This document shows positions 22,182 through 36,070 of a stretch of DNA of 64,000 nt, piece after piece. The first letter of the stretch is position 1. Every line of letters starts with the position of its first letter. Where the stretch lies: positions 450,658,947-450,722,946 of the forward strand of contig NC_133618.1 of the NCBI RefSeq assembly GCF_048593235.1. Direction: 5' to 3'. A model generated the notes under the pieces. The model was not told the origin of the DNA and ran no database searches. It saw only the letters and a program-made list of their open reading frames with translations. The position numbers were made by a program, and so were the translations under genes. This DNA comes from Sminthopsis crassicaudata. Its lineage: Eukaryota.

Positions 22182-24592
22182 CATCTCAACAGATGCAGAA
22201 AAAGCATTTGACAAAATCCAACATCCATTCCTACTAAAAACTCTTGACTATTCCTTAGAATAATCAGGAGTATATATTTACGACCGTCAGTAAGCATAAT
22301 ATGCAATAGAAATAAACTGCAACCTTTCCAAGTAAGATCAGGAGTGAAACAAGGTTGCCCACTATCACCATTACTATTCAATATTGTACTAGAAGCGCTA
22401 GCCTCGGCAATAAGAGCCGAGAAAGAGATTCAAGGAATTAGAGTAGGAAATGAGGAAATCAAACTATCACTTTTTGCAGATGACATGATGGTATACTTAG
22501 AGAACCCCAAAGACTCTGCTAAAAAGCTATTAGAAATAATTCAGAATTTTAGCAAAGTGGCAGGATACAAAATAAATCCACATAAATCCTCAGCATTTTT
22601 ATATATCACCAGCAAAATGCAACAGCAAGAGATACAAAGAGAAATTCCATTCCAAACAAATGTTGAGAGTATAAAATATTTGGGAATCCATCTACCAAAG
22701 AATAGTCAGGAATTATATGAGAAAAATTACAAAACACTTGCCACAAAAATAAAGTCAGATTTAAATAATTGGAAAGACATTCAGTGCTTGTGGATAGGCC
22801 TAGTGAATATAATAAAGATGGCAATACTCCCCAAACTAATCTATTTATTTAGTGCTATACCAATCAGACTCCCAAGAAACTATTTTAATGACCTAGAAAA
22901 AATAACAACAAAATTCATATGGAAGAATAAAAGGTCGAGAATTGCAAGGGAACTAATGAAAAAAACTCAGAGGAAGGTGGTCTAAGTGTACCTGATCTAA
23001 AGCTATATTATATAGCAGCAGTCACCAAAACCATTTGGTATTGGCTAAGAAATAGACAGGTAGATCAGTGGAACAGATTAGATACAAAGAACAAAAAAGG
23101 GTACATCTATAGCAATCTAGTCTTTGACAAACCCAAAGATACCAACATTAGGGATAAAAATTCATTATTTGGAAAAACCTGTTGGGAAAACTGGAAATTA
23201 GTATGGCAGAAATTAGATATGGATCCACACTTAACACCATACACCAAGATAAGATCAAAATGGGTCCATGATTTAGGCATAAAGAATGAGACCATAAATA
23301 GATTAGAGGAACAGAGGATAATCTACCTCTCAGACTTGTGGAGGAGGAAGGAATTTATAACCAGAGGAGAACTAGAGATCATTATTGATCACAAAATAGA
23401 AGATTTTGATTACATCAAATTAAAAAGTTTCTGTACAAACAATACTAATGCAAACAAGATTAGAAGGGAAGTAACAAATTGGGAAAATATTTTTACAGTT
23501 AAAGGTTCTGATAAAGGTCTCATTTCCAAAATATATAGAGAACTGACCCTAATTTATAAGAAATCAAACCATTCTCCAATTGATAAGTGGTCAAAGGATA
23601 TGAACAGACAATTCTCAGATGATGAAATTGAAACTATATCCACTCATATGAAAGAGTGTTCCAAATCACTACTCATCAGAGAAATGCAAATTAAGACAAC
23701 TCTGAGATACCACTACACACCTGTCAGATTGGCTAAGATGACAGGAACAAATAATGATGAATGTTGGAGGGGATGTGGGAAAAGTGGGACACTGATACAT
23801 TGTTGGTGGAGTTGTGAAAGAATCCAGCCATTCTGGAGAGCAATTTGGACCTATGCCCAAAAAGTTATCAAACTGTGCATACCCTTTGATCCAGTATTGC
23901 TGCTATTGGGCTTATATTCCAAAGAAATACTAAAGAGCAGAAAGGGACCTGTATGTGCCAAAATGTTTGTGGCAGCTTTTTTTGTAGTGGCTGGAAATGG
24001 AAGATGAATGGATGTCCATCAATTGGAGAATGGTTGGGTAAATTATGGTATATGAAGGCTATGGAATATTATTGCTCTGTAAGAAATGACCAGCAGGAGG
24101 AATACAGAGAGGCCTGGAGAGACTTACATCAACTGATGCTGAGTGAAATGAATAGAACCAGAAGATCGCTGTACACTTCAGTGCTGTATGAAGATGTATT
24201 CTGATGGAAGTGGATATCTTCAACATAAAGAAGATCCAACTCACTTCCAGTTGATCAATGATGGACAGAAATAACTACACCCAGAGAAGGAACACTGGGA
24301 AGTGAATGTAAATTGTTAGCACTACTGTCTATCTACCCAGGTTACTTATACCTTCGGAATCCAATACTTAATGTGCAACAAGAAAATGGTATTTACACAC
24401 ATATATTGTATCCAGGTTATATTGTAACACATGTAAAATGTATGGGATTGCCTGTCATCGGGGGGAGGGAGTGGAGGGAGGAGGGGGATAATTTGGAAAA
24501 ATGAATACAAGGGATAATATTTTTTAAATTACTCATGCATATATACTGTGGGAAAAAAATTCTAAATAAATAAATAAAATTTAAAAAAAAAT
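22182..24592 (+). mobile_element. Younger 5'-truncated L1, about 2.4 kb (RT C-terminal half, C-terminal domain, 3' UTR, A-rich tail) with TSD
   Basis: ORF pieces KQGCPLSPLLFNIVLE...LSLFADDMMVY and HCWW. A 16-bp TSD agaatgactg(g/t)atcag lies at 22166-22181 and 24593-24608. Several stops and frameshifts. Confidence 0.95.
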
Positions 24593-25189
24593 AGAATGAC
24601 TGTATCAGGTCACAGCTCCACCAACCATTAGTGTTCCAATTTTCCCACATCCCCTCCAGCACTTGTCATTTTCCTATTCTGTCACTTTAAACAACTGATA
24701 GTTGTGATATGATTTCTCTAAGTTGTTTTAACTTATATTCCTCCAATCAATAGTGACTTAGAGCATTTTTTTCACATAACTATAGATAGCTTTGATTGCC
24801 TGAAACTTGCTTATTCATGTCCTTTGACCATTCATCAATTGGGGAATGACTTATATTTGCATAAATTTGACTCAATTCTATATAGATGACAAATGAGATA
24901 TTTTTCAGAGATATTTATTGCCAAATTCCCCTCCGTTTTCTGCTTTCTTTTTAATTTTGGTTACATTAGTTTCATTGGTGCAAAAACTTTCTAATTTTAT
25001 ATAATCAAAATTATTTTGCATTTTGTAATGCTCTGACAGATCTAACAGATCTAACAAACTATCCCATGCTCTTCCAATTTGTTTATGGTATCATCTGTTA
25101 TGTGTAAACCCTCTACACATTCTGAATTTTTGTTGTTCTACAGTACAAGATGTTAGTAGTTTCTGCTATGTTGCTTTCCAGATTTTCCA

Positions 25190-26310
25190 ACTATGATGAT
25201 GATTCTCAAATCTATTTATGCTGCCCTAACTTTTCTTGGCTGACCTCCAGACTCTCATCTCCATCTTTCTTTCAGCATCTACATCTAGATATCCAGTTGA
25301 CATCTTAATTTAACATATCCAAAACTGAATGCATTCTTTTCTCTAAACCTTCTCCCTATTCAATTTTTTTCTATTAAGGGTACCACTGTCCTCACAGTCC
25401 CCTAGATTCAAAACCTAGTTATTATCCTTGGTAGTTCACTTTTCTTTGGTTGTTCACATTTCTCATCTTCTCATATATAATCTGTTGTCAATGCCTCTTG
25501 ATTTTGCCTTTGCAACATNNNNNNNNNNNNNNNNNNNNNNNNNNNNNNNNNNNNNNNNNNNNNNNNNNNNNNNNNNNNNNNNNNNNNNNNNNNNNNNNNN
25601 NNNNNNNNNNNNNNNNNNNNNNNNNNNNNNNNNNNNNNNNNNNNNNNNNNNNNNNNNNNNNNNNNNNNNNNNNNNNNCTTTTTCAGGTCTAGAAAATTTA
25701 AATAACCTGCTGGTTAATCTATCTGCCACAAGTCTCTCCTTGCTGAAGTCCATCCTCCACCAAGCCACCAAAGTGATTTTCCTAAATTACAGGTCTAACC
25801 ATGTCACTCCCATGGTCACACTCTATTTACCTCTAGGATCAAATATACAAAATCCTCTGTTTGACTTTTCATAACCTAGAATTCACCACATCTTTCTTAA
25901 CTTCTTAGACCTTGCACCTCTCAATATACTCTTCAATCCACTGACTTCCTTGCTGTTCCTTAAAGAAGACCCTTCCATAACCCAACTCTGGGTATTTCTC
26001 TTATTGTCCTCCATGCACGTAATGCTCTCTCTCTTCATATCTACCTTCTAGCTTCCATGGATTACTTCAAGTATCATCTATAAAGCCACCTTTTGCAGTA
26101 ATCCTTTTCCCAATCCTTCTTAATTTTAATGCTTTCTTTCTGTAAATTTTTCCTATTTATTCTGTGTGTAACGTGTTTGTACATACTTTGCATGCTTTCT
26201 GCCCCATTTCATTGTGAGCTTTTTCAGAGAAGGGGCTGTCTTTTGTCTCTTTTTGTATTTTCCATGTTTAGCACACATTTCCTGGTACACAGTAGATACA
26301 AAATACCTAT
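25190..26310. mobile_element. L2 fragment spanning a gap
   Basis: Motifs ctcaaatctattt..ccaaaactgaa..caccaagccaccaaagtgattttcctaaa are typical of L2. Confidence 0.6.
25519..25677. other. Assembly gap
   Basis: Run of N. Confidence 1.
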
Positions 26311-27339
26311 TAACAACTACTGTTCATCTCTGAAGTAAGGATAAATATATTTGCCCTATGTCTCACAAGCTACTTGTTAGAAAAGTCCTTTGTAGATATT
26401 AAAGTATTCTACAAATGTAAGATGTTGCTATTATTTCTAGCACTTCCTGGCCCCAAAGAACTTTGAAAGGCAGTTATCCCCTTTGATCTTCACAATACCT
26501 CAATGAGGAATAACAATAATAATTAACTTTATCAGGATCACAGAGAATCCAAAGCTTAATTCTGTTTTATTCAAGTCTCTAAGACTAAGAAACAATGAAA
26601 ATAGGCAAGTTACCTCTCTTGGGTCTTCAGTTTCCCTCACTGTAAAATTATGGGTTTTGATAAAATGGTGACTTACCATTCTAATACTTTATTTTTGTAT
26701 TTTAATATACCTCTCAGTTTTGACATTCCATGTTTTAAGTGCCTCTGAGCTCTGACATTTTATGTCCTAAGATCTCATCTAACTTTGTCATCCTATCTTC
26801 TATGATTTGATTCTAAATCCTCAACATTCCATGGACTAATACTTGCTTAATGTCCAGAATATGTCTCCCCTGTTTTCTTGACCCTAGAAATTTCCTTCAA
26901 ACCAGGGATCCCCTTTTACCATTCTCCCCCTCCATTCTTCTCAGAGGCCTTTTCTTCCCCCCTAAAACCTCTGTTTCCTACTACCTACAGGGTGGTGTAG
27001 CTCACAACCCTCTTGTCTCCACAGTTCAGATCATCTGTTTTATCTCCAACCTGAGAAAAACTGTCTATAAACTTCACCTCTTCCCCAAGTACATTGGGTG
27101 GACCCAGACAGGGGAAGCAACACTGTGAGTACAAAACCCAGTCCCAGGGTAGTAGTGAAAGAGAAGAAAGCAATAGATGAAGAGTGGAAATCAAATAACT
27201 GAGAACTGAAGCTCAGTCCAAAGCCCCTGGGGAAAATGATAGAGTCAGCTAGATAACCTAAATAATGACCTCTGGAAAGGTTACAAAAAGTGGGGGTGTT
27301 GTCATGCCTGGATCTCCCAGGCACAAGATAGGACTGCCC

Positions 27340-27845
27340 TACATATAAGAAAGAGACACAGACACAGAGACAAAAATAGAGATNNNNNNNNNNNNNNNNN
27401 NNNNNNNNNNNNNNNNNNNNNNNNNNNNNNNNNNNNNNNNNNNNNNNNNNNNNNNNNNNNNNNNNNNNNNNNNNNNNNNNNNNNNNNNNNNNNNNNNNNN
27501 NNNNNNNNNNNNNNNNNNNNNNNNNNNNNNNNNNNNNNNNNNNNNNNNNNNNNNNNNNNNNNNNNNNNNNNNAAGGAGAGAAAGAAAAGTGAAAGACTGA
27601 AAGAGAGGAGAGACATAGAGGCAGACAAACAACAGAGACAAATATAGAAAAACAGACAGAGAGGACAGTAAGACAGAGACAGAGAGAGGCAAAGAGAGGG
27701 ACAGACAGACAGAGATATGGGGGAGAGAAAGAAAAAGAGAGGAGACAAAAGAGAGGGACAGAGATAGGAAGGGGAGAGACATAGGGGGAGAAGGAGAGAA
27801 AGAGAGAGGGAAAAAGATACAGAAAGAGACAGAAGAGAGAAAATC
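27340..27845 (+). repeat. GA-rich low-complexity tract containing a gap (27384-27572)
   Basis: Degenerate (GA/GACA)n. It explains the Leu/Ser-rich minus-strand ORFs. Confidence 0.9.
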
Positions 27846-28498
27846 CAGTGTGTCCTGAAGTAGTAAAGAAAATCTTCTTAGTTTCCTGGTAAAGGTAAAC
27901 TTTGAGATGAATCCTGAAGGTTAGGCAGGGTTTGGGGAAGAGAGAAAAGCAAGGAGGGATATAAGGGAAGGCAGAGGTTGGGGAGGACAGGGAGAGAATC
28001 ATAAGCAAGGAAAACCAATTAAGCAAATGAGGACAGGGATAGAAGAATCTAGGTCATCCAAATCAAATCAAATTTTTAGTTTCTCAACTCTTCCTTTAAA
28101 ATGTCTCTTGCATCCATATCCAAAATCACCCAAGTTCAGATCTAATCACTTCTCACCTGAGGTTTTGGAATCACAGTTTTAGAGTTAAAAGGAATATTTT
28201 AGTTCATTTTCAGAGTTTAGTTAAGTAACTTAACCAGTCACAGGTAATAAGCAAAAGAGACAGGGTTTAAACCCAGGTCTCTTACTCCAAATCCAATTGT
28301 TTCCATTACATCACTCTGGCTATTATAACAGCCTCCTAGATGAATTACCAAGCTTGAGTCTTCCACTTCAATCTGCCCTCCACATATGGCCTGCCACATT
28401 CCTTCTCCTCAATTCCAGTGACAAGGCAGCAGGAAAAACCAGCTCTTACTCTGCATTAGAAAAGAGATACAATGTCTGGAGGTGATAGTCCTGATGTA

Positions 28499-28855
28499 CA
28501 GTTATTCCTTCCAGATCACAGGCGCTAGGGCTGCGGCACTCCTATGATTTAGAAAATCCACATAAAAAAATTTGACCTCTTTATATAGAGAAGTTGTCTG
28601 ATTTTTTTTTCTTTTATATGGTGTTTACAATACCTTACCCTAAAATTTAGGTTAAGTGTTTGGTCATAAGTTATATTACACAATACTATACACATATTTT
28701 ATAATTTCTAAACTTTTTCTGTGTCAACTACTAGTCTTTGCAAGTCATCTACAGCTTCTGCAAAATTTCTCAAAATTCCCATTTAATTTCTTAGGCCAAC
28801 CTGTAATATATCAAAGTCGATACGGGGGAATATCATGATGTGAAAGGAATATCTG
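28499..28855. mobile_element. Tc1/mariner (Tigger-like) MITE, 357 bp
   Basis: Imperfect TIRs cagttattccttccagatca and (reverse complement) cagatattcctttcacatca, flanked by TA at 28497-28498 and 28856-28857. Confidence 0.8.
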
Positions 28856-28904
28856 TACTCTGCCAGGTCAGACCAACTTTATGGGAAGTAATGTATTGTT
28901 GTTT

Positions 28905-29130
28905 TCAGTCACTTCTCAGTAATGTCTGATTCTTCATGACCCCATTTGGAGTTGTCTTGCCAAATTCTTTCTCCAGCTCATTTTACATATGAGGAACCTG
29001 AGGCAAAAGGGTTAAGAGACTTGTTCAGGGTCACACAGCTAGTAAATACTTGAGGTCAGATTTGAACTCCAAAAGATGAGTCTGCCTGACTTCAGGACCA
29101 ATGCTCTGTCCACTCACTACATCACCTAAC
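28905..29130 (-). mobile_element. MAR1/MIR-type SINE
   Basis: gttgttttcagtcac...gaggaacctgaggcaaaagggttaag...cagggtcacacagctag. Confidence 0.7.
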
Positions 29131-30281
29131 TCAGGATGATGCTGGGTATTAAGATCATGCCCTGTAAGCATCAAGTGGAAGAACTGGAAATATTTAGCCA
29201 AAAGAGAAGACTAAAGAGAAAGGTGAGCATTGTCTTCAAGTTAGAGCTAGCATCAATAAGTAGAAGATGAAGGGAAACTTTTGAACAATTAAAGTCATCC
29301 AAAAATATATTGGTCTCCCCCGAGGAGATAGTTGGTTTCCCTACTGGATGTTATGTCTGTTGCTTCTCTCTAAAATGAATTTTCCCAAAACAGTATTAAA
29401 TCTAGCTGCCCTCATCATCATTCCTCAAATCTAGCTAAGCCACTCACCTTTTAGACCCCAGATATGCTATAAGCATTGCCATTTCCAGATACTTTCAATG
29501 TCCTCCCTACTAATAGTGTCCTTCCTTCTCTTCACCAAATCATACCTTTGCTTCCAGGACTAGCAAAGTGTTCTCAATACAATCCAGCCCATAGGGAACT
29601 CTCCCTCTTCTGAGACCCTGTTCCTTGGACATAAACTTTTTATAGAATGAAGAAAGTGTCTTCCTCTCTGTGATGAGAAAGTTGGTGACCTAATTCTGTC
29701 TCCCTCATAGCAGCATGAAAAGGCCTGGGCCTTTAATAAACTAAGCCAATTAAATATACCAATTGATGACACATTCAAACAGCCACAAATTCTCTAAGCA
29801 ACATTATCCAGCATCCAATACAGAACTGATTTATAAATATTCTGAAAGAAGCAGCCCAAACCACAGATTGTCCAAAACTATGTTGATTCAGAAATTATTC
29901 TATTTAATTTTTGAAGTTTACTCATATCTAGGTTTTTAAAAAAGAAAATTTTATCTTCCTAAGTGTTCTTTTCTTGATTAAATTTTTCACTGAATATATA
30001 TTCTTCAAGAAATGGACCAGGAAATACACCTCAGGATACAACAAGATGGGGTGATTGTGCTGCAAGGGCAGGAATGGAGGTTAATAAACCAAGAAGAAAG
30101 GGAGAAATCTCTTGCCATTTATTAATAGTCTGCAGAAAGATGAAGTCTGCAAAGTGTGGCCCCAATGGAAGGTGGACCCCATCTCCCCATTAACTTCAAG
30201 ATATTTTTCTCAAAGTTTTGATTCCTTCTTATCTCTTTCCTTGATCTCTCCTCCTCACCCAATATCAAAGTCTGCTTAAAG

Positions 30282-30345
30282 GAAGACCTGCTCAGATACT
30301 CATAGATTGTGGCCCCTTCCCAGAGGCACTTTTTTGTAGCAGTAG
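30282..30345 (+). CDS. SUN5: SUN5 coding exon 4 (tentative)
   Basis: Ends ALFCSS with a phase-2 donor AG|GTAAAA (human VLFNTCR). The acceptor choice is uncertain (30282 or 30306). The 64-bp option keeps frame and is close to the human 67 bp. Confidence 0.45.
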
Positions 30346-32902
30346 GTAAAATGACTTAATGCCAGATAAGTGAAAGAGAATGGACCAGAGGTTTCTTTTA
30401 TTACTTTATCTAACTGTAAATATAACTAGTATGCATTGATTTTTGTCTCCCCACCCCCATTCCAACCTCCTCCCATTGAACATAACAAAAAAGAAAAATT
30501 AAATTAAAGCTTTAAAATGTGTAATAATACTATATTAATAATATGTAATAGTGTTTATAATGTAATAATAATAATACACATGCACTAATCAGCAAAGCAA
30601 ATTCTTTCATTGGCCAAATTTCATTTTGAATTTTAAGTCCATTTTCTCCCTCTGGGAGGAAATGAATGGCAGGCTGTATCTTCAGTAAATTGGAATTATG
30701 GTTTGTCAATTCATTGATCAGAGTTTTAAAGTTCTTCAAAGTTATTTTTTCTTTTATACTTTCTTTGTCATTGTTTAAATCACTCTCCTGGCTCTGTTCA
30801 CTTTATTCTGCATCGGTTCCTAGAAGTCTTAACAGTATTCTCTGAAACTTTCCACTTTTTCTTTTCTTATGGCACAATAATATTCTTTGTATTCATAGAC
30901 TACAATTTTTTCCAGCTGTTCCCTAATTGGCAAGCACCTCTTAGTTTCTAGTGTTTAAAAATAGTAAGTTCAAATGGTTCGAATGATCAGGCAAGGCTAT
31001 CATGGCTGAGATTTAAGGGTTCTTCCACAACCCCTGAAAGCATATCCTCCTCCATCACTTGTTTGGAAAATCAGGCCTGCAGTTATATCAAAACCAGATG
31101 AGAATCTGACCTTTCTGGGTCTTGACTTGAGAGAGCTTAAGACCAAAGGAGCAAATTTGAATTCAATGTATTCCACAAGATTGAGGTCAGAGTCAGACAT
31201 TGAGGTGGGAGATGACAGTTGTTAGGAGACATACCCCAAGCAAACTGGAAAAAAGCACCCTTAGTATTTAGTCTTCCCTTCCCTTCCACCATTCTTCTCC
31301 CTTGCTCCACTCCTAATTATGTTTATTCAGCCCCTACTATAGATCCACACACTACACACATACCTCAAAAATTCTACCTCTGAGAACCAATGGTCCTGCT
31401 GTATATTAAGACATGAATGGGCAATTATATTGGCTTAGTAACAAATAATAATAGCACTAAATATAAGGGAGTAGCTACAAATAAACCTTAAAATAAAATT
31501 AACTTGTCATTCATTCCATGAACATTTTTTGTACCTAATATGTATAATAAATGCATTGTACTGAATACTTCAAGGGATACAAGTATGAATATTCCTTCCA
31601 GAGGCAATTGAATAGTATAGTGGCTAGAGTTCTGACTCTAAAATGTAGACCTGAATGCAAACCTGGTCTCAAATACTTTTTAGTTATGTGACCCAGGACA
31701 AGAATTAAACACCATCTGCCTCAGTCTTTCTCATCTGCAAAATGGAGAAAATAATAGAACCCACCTTCCAAGATTGTTGTGAGGCTATAAAGCACTTAGA
31801 CCCATGCCTGATACACAGTAAACATTTAAAACTTGTTTTCTTTTGTACTTCAGAAAACTAACTAGCAGCTAATTTAATACAATTTGGTCAAAAACAAACA
31901 AAATACAAATTCAAATGGGAAAAGCATAGTGCTTGCATTTAGGGTTTACTAAGTTGTTAAATTTATGAATAAACAAAGCATATTGGAGAAGGATGATAAA
32001 GTGTTAAATTTCATTTCTGCCTAGGTCAGGGAAGACTTCAAAGAGATGATATCTGATATAATCTAATCATAGCATAAAAAAGTGGTATCTGTCCTTTACT
32101 GTTGCTTTCAAAACAGACCATCAGAAAGCAGATCAACATGTCAAAAAAAAATTGTTAAGTTACTATTTTAAACCAGAAGACAAAAGATTAAATCAGGCTC
32201 TACCACTAGCTAATTGATTTTGGCCAAATTACTTGAGAGGATCAAAGCAAGCAACTATTATGTTCCAGGTACAGTAATAAACACTTTTACTCATTTAATT
32301 CTCATTTAATCTTATTTAATTCTCACAACCACCTTATGAGGTGGGTGCTGTCATTATTCCCATTTTATAGTTGAGGAAACTGAAGCAGACTGAGGTTAAG
32401 TGACTTTCCCAGTAAGAATTTGAGACTGGATTTGAATTCAAGTATTCCTGACTCCAGGCCCAACATTCTATCCACTGGACCATCTAACTTCTCAACTTCC
32501 CTCAGTCCCACTATGCTTAATTGTAAAGTGAAAATGTTGAGCTAAATGGTCTCTGAGGTCCTTGTCAGCTCTAAATCCTATGACCCAAAGATGGGTCTCT
32601 TTTAATATCTGGACTCTTTTTAGGTGAAAGAAATATTTGGACTCATTCTGCTTGGCCCCAAAGGACAAAATTGGATGCATGTTCCAGCTCAGTCTTAGGA
32701 AAACTTCCTAAAACTTAAGAGTTATCCAACAAAGAAATGAATTGTCTTGGGATGTAGAACATCATTGGAGAAGGGCAAGCCAAAATTCACTGCTGAGAGA
32801 TGCTATATAGAGGATTCAAGGATCAAGCAGGGGATTGTACTAGATGACCTTTAAAGTCCTTGAACAAAGGAACTTGACATACTGTTCTATCCCTTTTTAT
32901 AG

Positions 32903-32961
32903 CAAGAATTTGCTTCACAAATTGATGGAGAAGCTGTCCATTGTGTTCTTCTGTATGTTTG
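32903..32961 (+). CDS. SUN5: SUN5 coding exon 5
   Basis: KNLLHKLMEKLSIVFFCMF against human KLLCQKLMEKTGILLLCAF. AG/GT boundaries. Confidence 0.9.
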
Positions 32962-33445
32962 GTATGTACTAAAAAATAATCTAAATCTTGGGCTGATAAT
33001 CTCTGGATATAGTACCATCAACAAAATGGTGAAAGACACTAGGCTGACTTGGGGTGACCCCTCTCACCTTTATACCTGCCTTCCCTCTCTTTTACTGAAG
33101 CCCTCACATTCTCTATTATTCTTTATTAGCACCTTTTTCTACTCTCTTTCTACCCCTATTTTAGAGACTTTTCACAGCCAATCTCAATTCCAAATCCTAT
33201 AATTCTAAATTACACTTGGCTGCAGAATGCCTTTCCAACTTACAGCTTGGATGGCTGTGGTTAGAATTGCAGTTCCCACAACAAGCAGAAAAGAGAAAGG
33301 CTTGAGTGTGTACAGTGTCTGCATTGTCTCCTGAAGGGTACCACAAAGAACAGACAAACCCCTTGCTTAGTCCTCACAATCTCAAGGCTACTCCAGAGCT
33401 AAGACAGTGGGATAGGTCTCACTCTCCCTCTTGTTCCCTTCACAG

Positions 33446-33495
33446 CCTTCTGGTGCATCATTATTTACTTGCCAACTCAACTGGATACAGGGAGA
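33446..33495 (+). CDS. SUN5: SUN5 coding exon 6 (transmembrane end)
   Basis: 50 bp, AFWCIIIYLPTQLDTGR against human GFWMFSIHLPSKMKVWQ. Confidence 0.88.
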
Positions 33496-35428
33496 GTAAA
33501 CATGAGGACTCCAGGTGAGGTGGGTGGCATTCAAGAATGGATGGATAAACAAAGCCCATAAAAGGAAGATGATAAAGGGCTAAATTTCATTTCTGCCTAC
33601 ATCAGGAAGAATTTTAAAAAGTGATATTTGATATAATCTAGCCATCCCAACCTCAACAAAGACTAGATTGTAGATATAATAGTCACTCAAAAATGTTCCT
33701 TAAAATGAACTATAATTTTTCTCCTGTGCAATAAACACATTTTATTTGTATATATTTCTGACTATGTCTTCCAATACCCACTAGTTTGTGAGTTCTTTGA
33801 CCACATTTCATAATAAAAAATGAACGTCAGAACTGAAAGGAACCTTAGAATAGCATCCTGATTCTGGTCAACTCACAAAACCACCTTATCTTAGAAGTGG
33901 AAGTAACCTGATTCAAAAAAGTGGAGGGATCAGCAAGGGGGACTGTGCTTCTGATCTCAATTGTCACAAGGAAAGACAAAGAACCTACTATGTGCCAGGC
34001 ACTGTGCTAAGTACATTACAAATCTCATTGATTCTTATAAAAACCCCTGGGAAGTGGGTGCAATTATTATCTTGGTTTTACTTCTGAGGGAACTGAGGCA
34101 GGCAGAAGTTAAATAATTTGCCAATGTCACACAGCTATAAAGCATGTAAGGCTGGATTTGAACTCAAGGCTTTCTGATTTTAAATCCAGTGCTCTATCTC
34201 CTGTGCTATGTAACTGTTAACTAAAATAGAAATTATGGTAGTGACTATCAGTCTTGGAGTCTGTAATATATAAGGAGAAGAAAGCTGATATTCCCCCTCT
34301 ATTTCGGGAAAAGTAGATTTCAAAAGAGTTGAGAAGAAAAAAGATAAGAATCCTATGATCTAAAATAACATAGTCAGTTAACCCCAAAGAGATAGGATCC
34401 CCTATCATAGGGAATAGCAACATGGTCCATAAGGCACCATAATCAAAAAGATGTCTCAGACACTTGGCTGCGTGACTCTAGACAAGTCACTTAACCTTGA
34501 CGAGGTGGTTAAAAGGCTAGGGGAGGAGTTGGGTAGGACAGGGGGCAGAGTAATATCCTAGAAGAAATTATTTTTCATATGCAGGTTGGGCTAGAATTTG
34601 ATTCTATGACTAATCATCTAGTTCAAACACTTCATTTTAGATATGAGGGATCCTAGTCCAGGGGTACCCAGCAATTCAATGAAAAAAAAACAGAAGTAGA
34701 ATGCAGACTTCAGGAGGGCCTCTTTCTACTATATCATAATGTCTTTTTCCGTCTCTGTTTTCCTTCTCCCTCCTATTCCTCCTTTCCCAGCATTGGAAGA
34801 ATGATAGAAATTAGAGCATTGACCCACCATTGACCATAGATAGAATTGGACACATGGTAGGTGGTTTTTAGATGATTGATGAATGAGTGAATGGTTTTTT
34901 CCCAATGTAAAACAGTATCTCAATCAGACCTAAAATATGTGTCCAGCCTTCCCTTGAGATGGAGAGAGGAGGTAAAATGGGGAGAGGACATGGCTCAGCT
35001 CACTAAGAGTTTATAGCTCAGCTGGAAAGATAGTACTCAGACATAGGACAATTAAGCCTCCTGGCACAGAAGCAATTACTAGGCTATGTGACACCGAAAA
35101 CGTGGGAGGCCCTCAAAAGAGAGAACAAAGGATCTTATTGTAGGCTGGGGGTGAGGAAATGCAATCCAGAAAACTTCCTGGAGCTTCTCAAGGCCCCTGG
35201 AGAAATGAAACTCCTCTTGACATCCCCAGGCACCACCATTAATGCCTATTAGAAAGAGCACAGAATTTGGAGCTGGAGGATTTGGGTTTCCCACATGGCT
35301 GAAGCAGTTACAAACTGTATAACCATGAACGAGTCACTTGATTTATCTAGAGCCTCATTTTTCTCATCTCTAAAATAAGAAAATTAGACTTGCCTTCTAG
35401 CTTCAAACCTATGATCTTAGGACTTGTA

Positions 35429-35670
35429 GGGGCAGCTAGATCTCTCAGTAGGTATGGTGCCCAGGCTGCAGTTAGGAGCACCTGAATTCAACTCCAGCCT
35501 CTACACTTAGTAGCTGTGTTAACTTGTGCAAGTCACTTAACCTTATTTGCCTGAGTTTCTCATCTGTAAAATGAGCTGGAAAAGGAAATGGCAAACCACT
35601 CTGGTTTCTTTGCCCAAAAAACCCCAGATGAAGTCACAAAGAGTTGGACATGACTAAACAACTCAACAAT
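35429..35670 (+). mobile_element. MAR1-type SINE
   Basis: ggggcagctag...cacctgaattcaactccagcc...gaaatggcaaaccactc...gacatgactaaacaac. Confidence 0.8.
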
Positions 35671-36035
35671 AAAAATGAGGTCTGATACTAAGTCTCTGAG
35701 TTTCTGCATATCTGAATCAAAGAATGGGATTCTGTTGGATAATCTTAGACCCTTCTTTTGGTCTCATTTTCCTAATCTGTAAAATGAGAGGGCTAGATTA
35801 AATGATCTCTTAAGGGCCTGCTTGAATTTCTACATCTTACCACATCTCCCATTATATCTGATAGAATTGCTATAAATATTGTGAAGTCCAAACTATGAAG
35901 ACAGGGTCAATGCCTTTAACTAATATGAAATAGAGCCCAGGTCTGACTGTCCATCCTGTTGCATTCATCAAAAAAGGGGGAGGGATTTGAAGTTAGGGAA
36001 CAAAATAGCCAATCGTGTCTTCTTTGCTTTCCCAG

Positions 36036-36070
36036 ATCAAAACCTCCATTTCATCACTCACAGAACTAAG
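36036..36070 (+). CDS. SUN5: SUN5 coding exon 7
   Basis: 35-bp exon IKTSISSLTELR with CAG acceptor and AG|GTAAGA donor. Size and phase match human. Confidence 0.85.

Noticed and set aside
27040-28026. 328-aa and overlapping Leu/Ser/Phe-rich minus-strand ORFs
   Set aside because: These are translations of GA-rich low-complexity DNA and an N gap.
31000-31230. Non-repetitive-looking stretch with open frames of about 65-70 codons on both strands
   Set aside because: No recognisable motif, and no acceptor/donor pair compatible with SUN5 phases.
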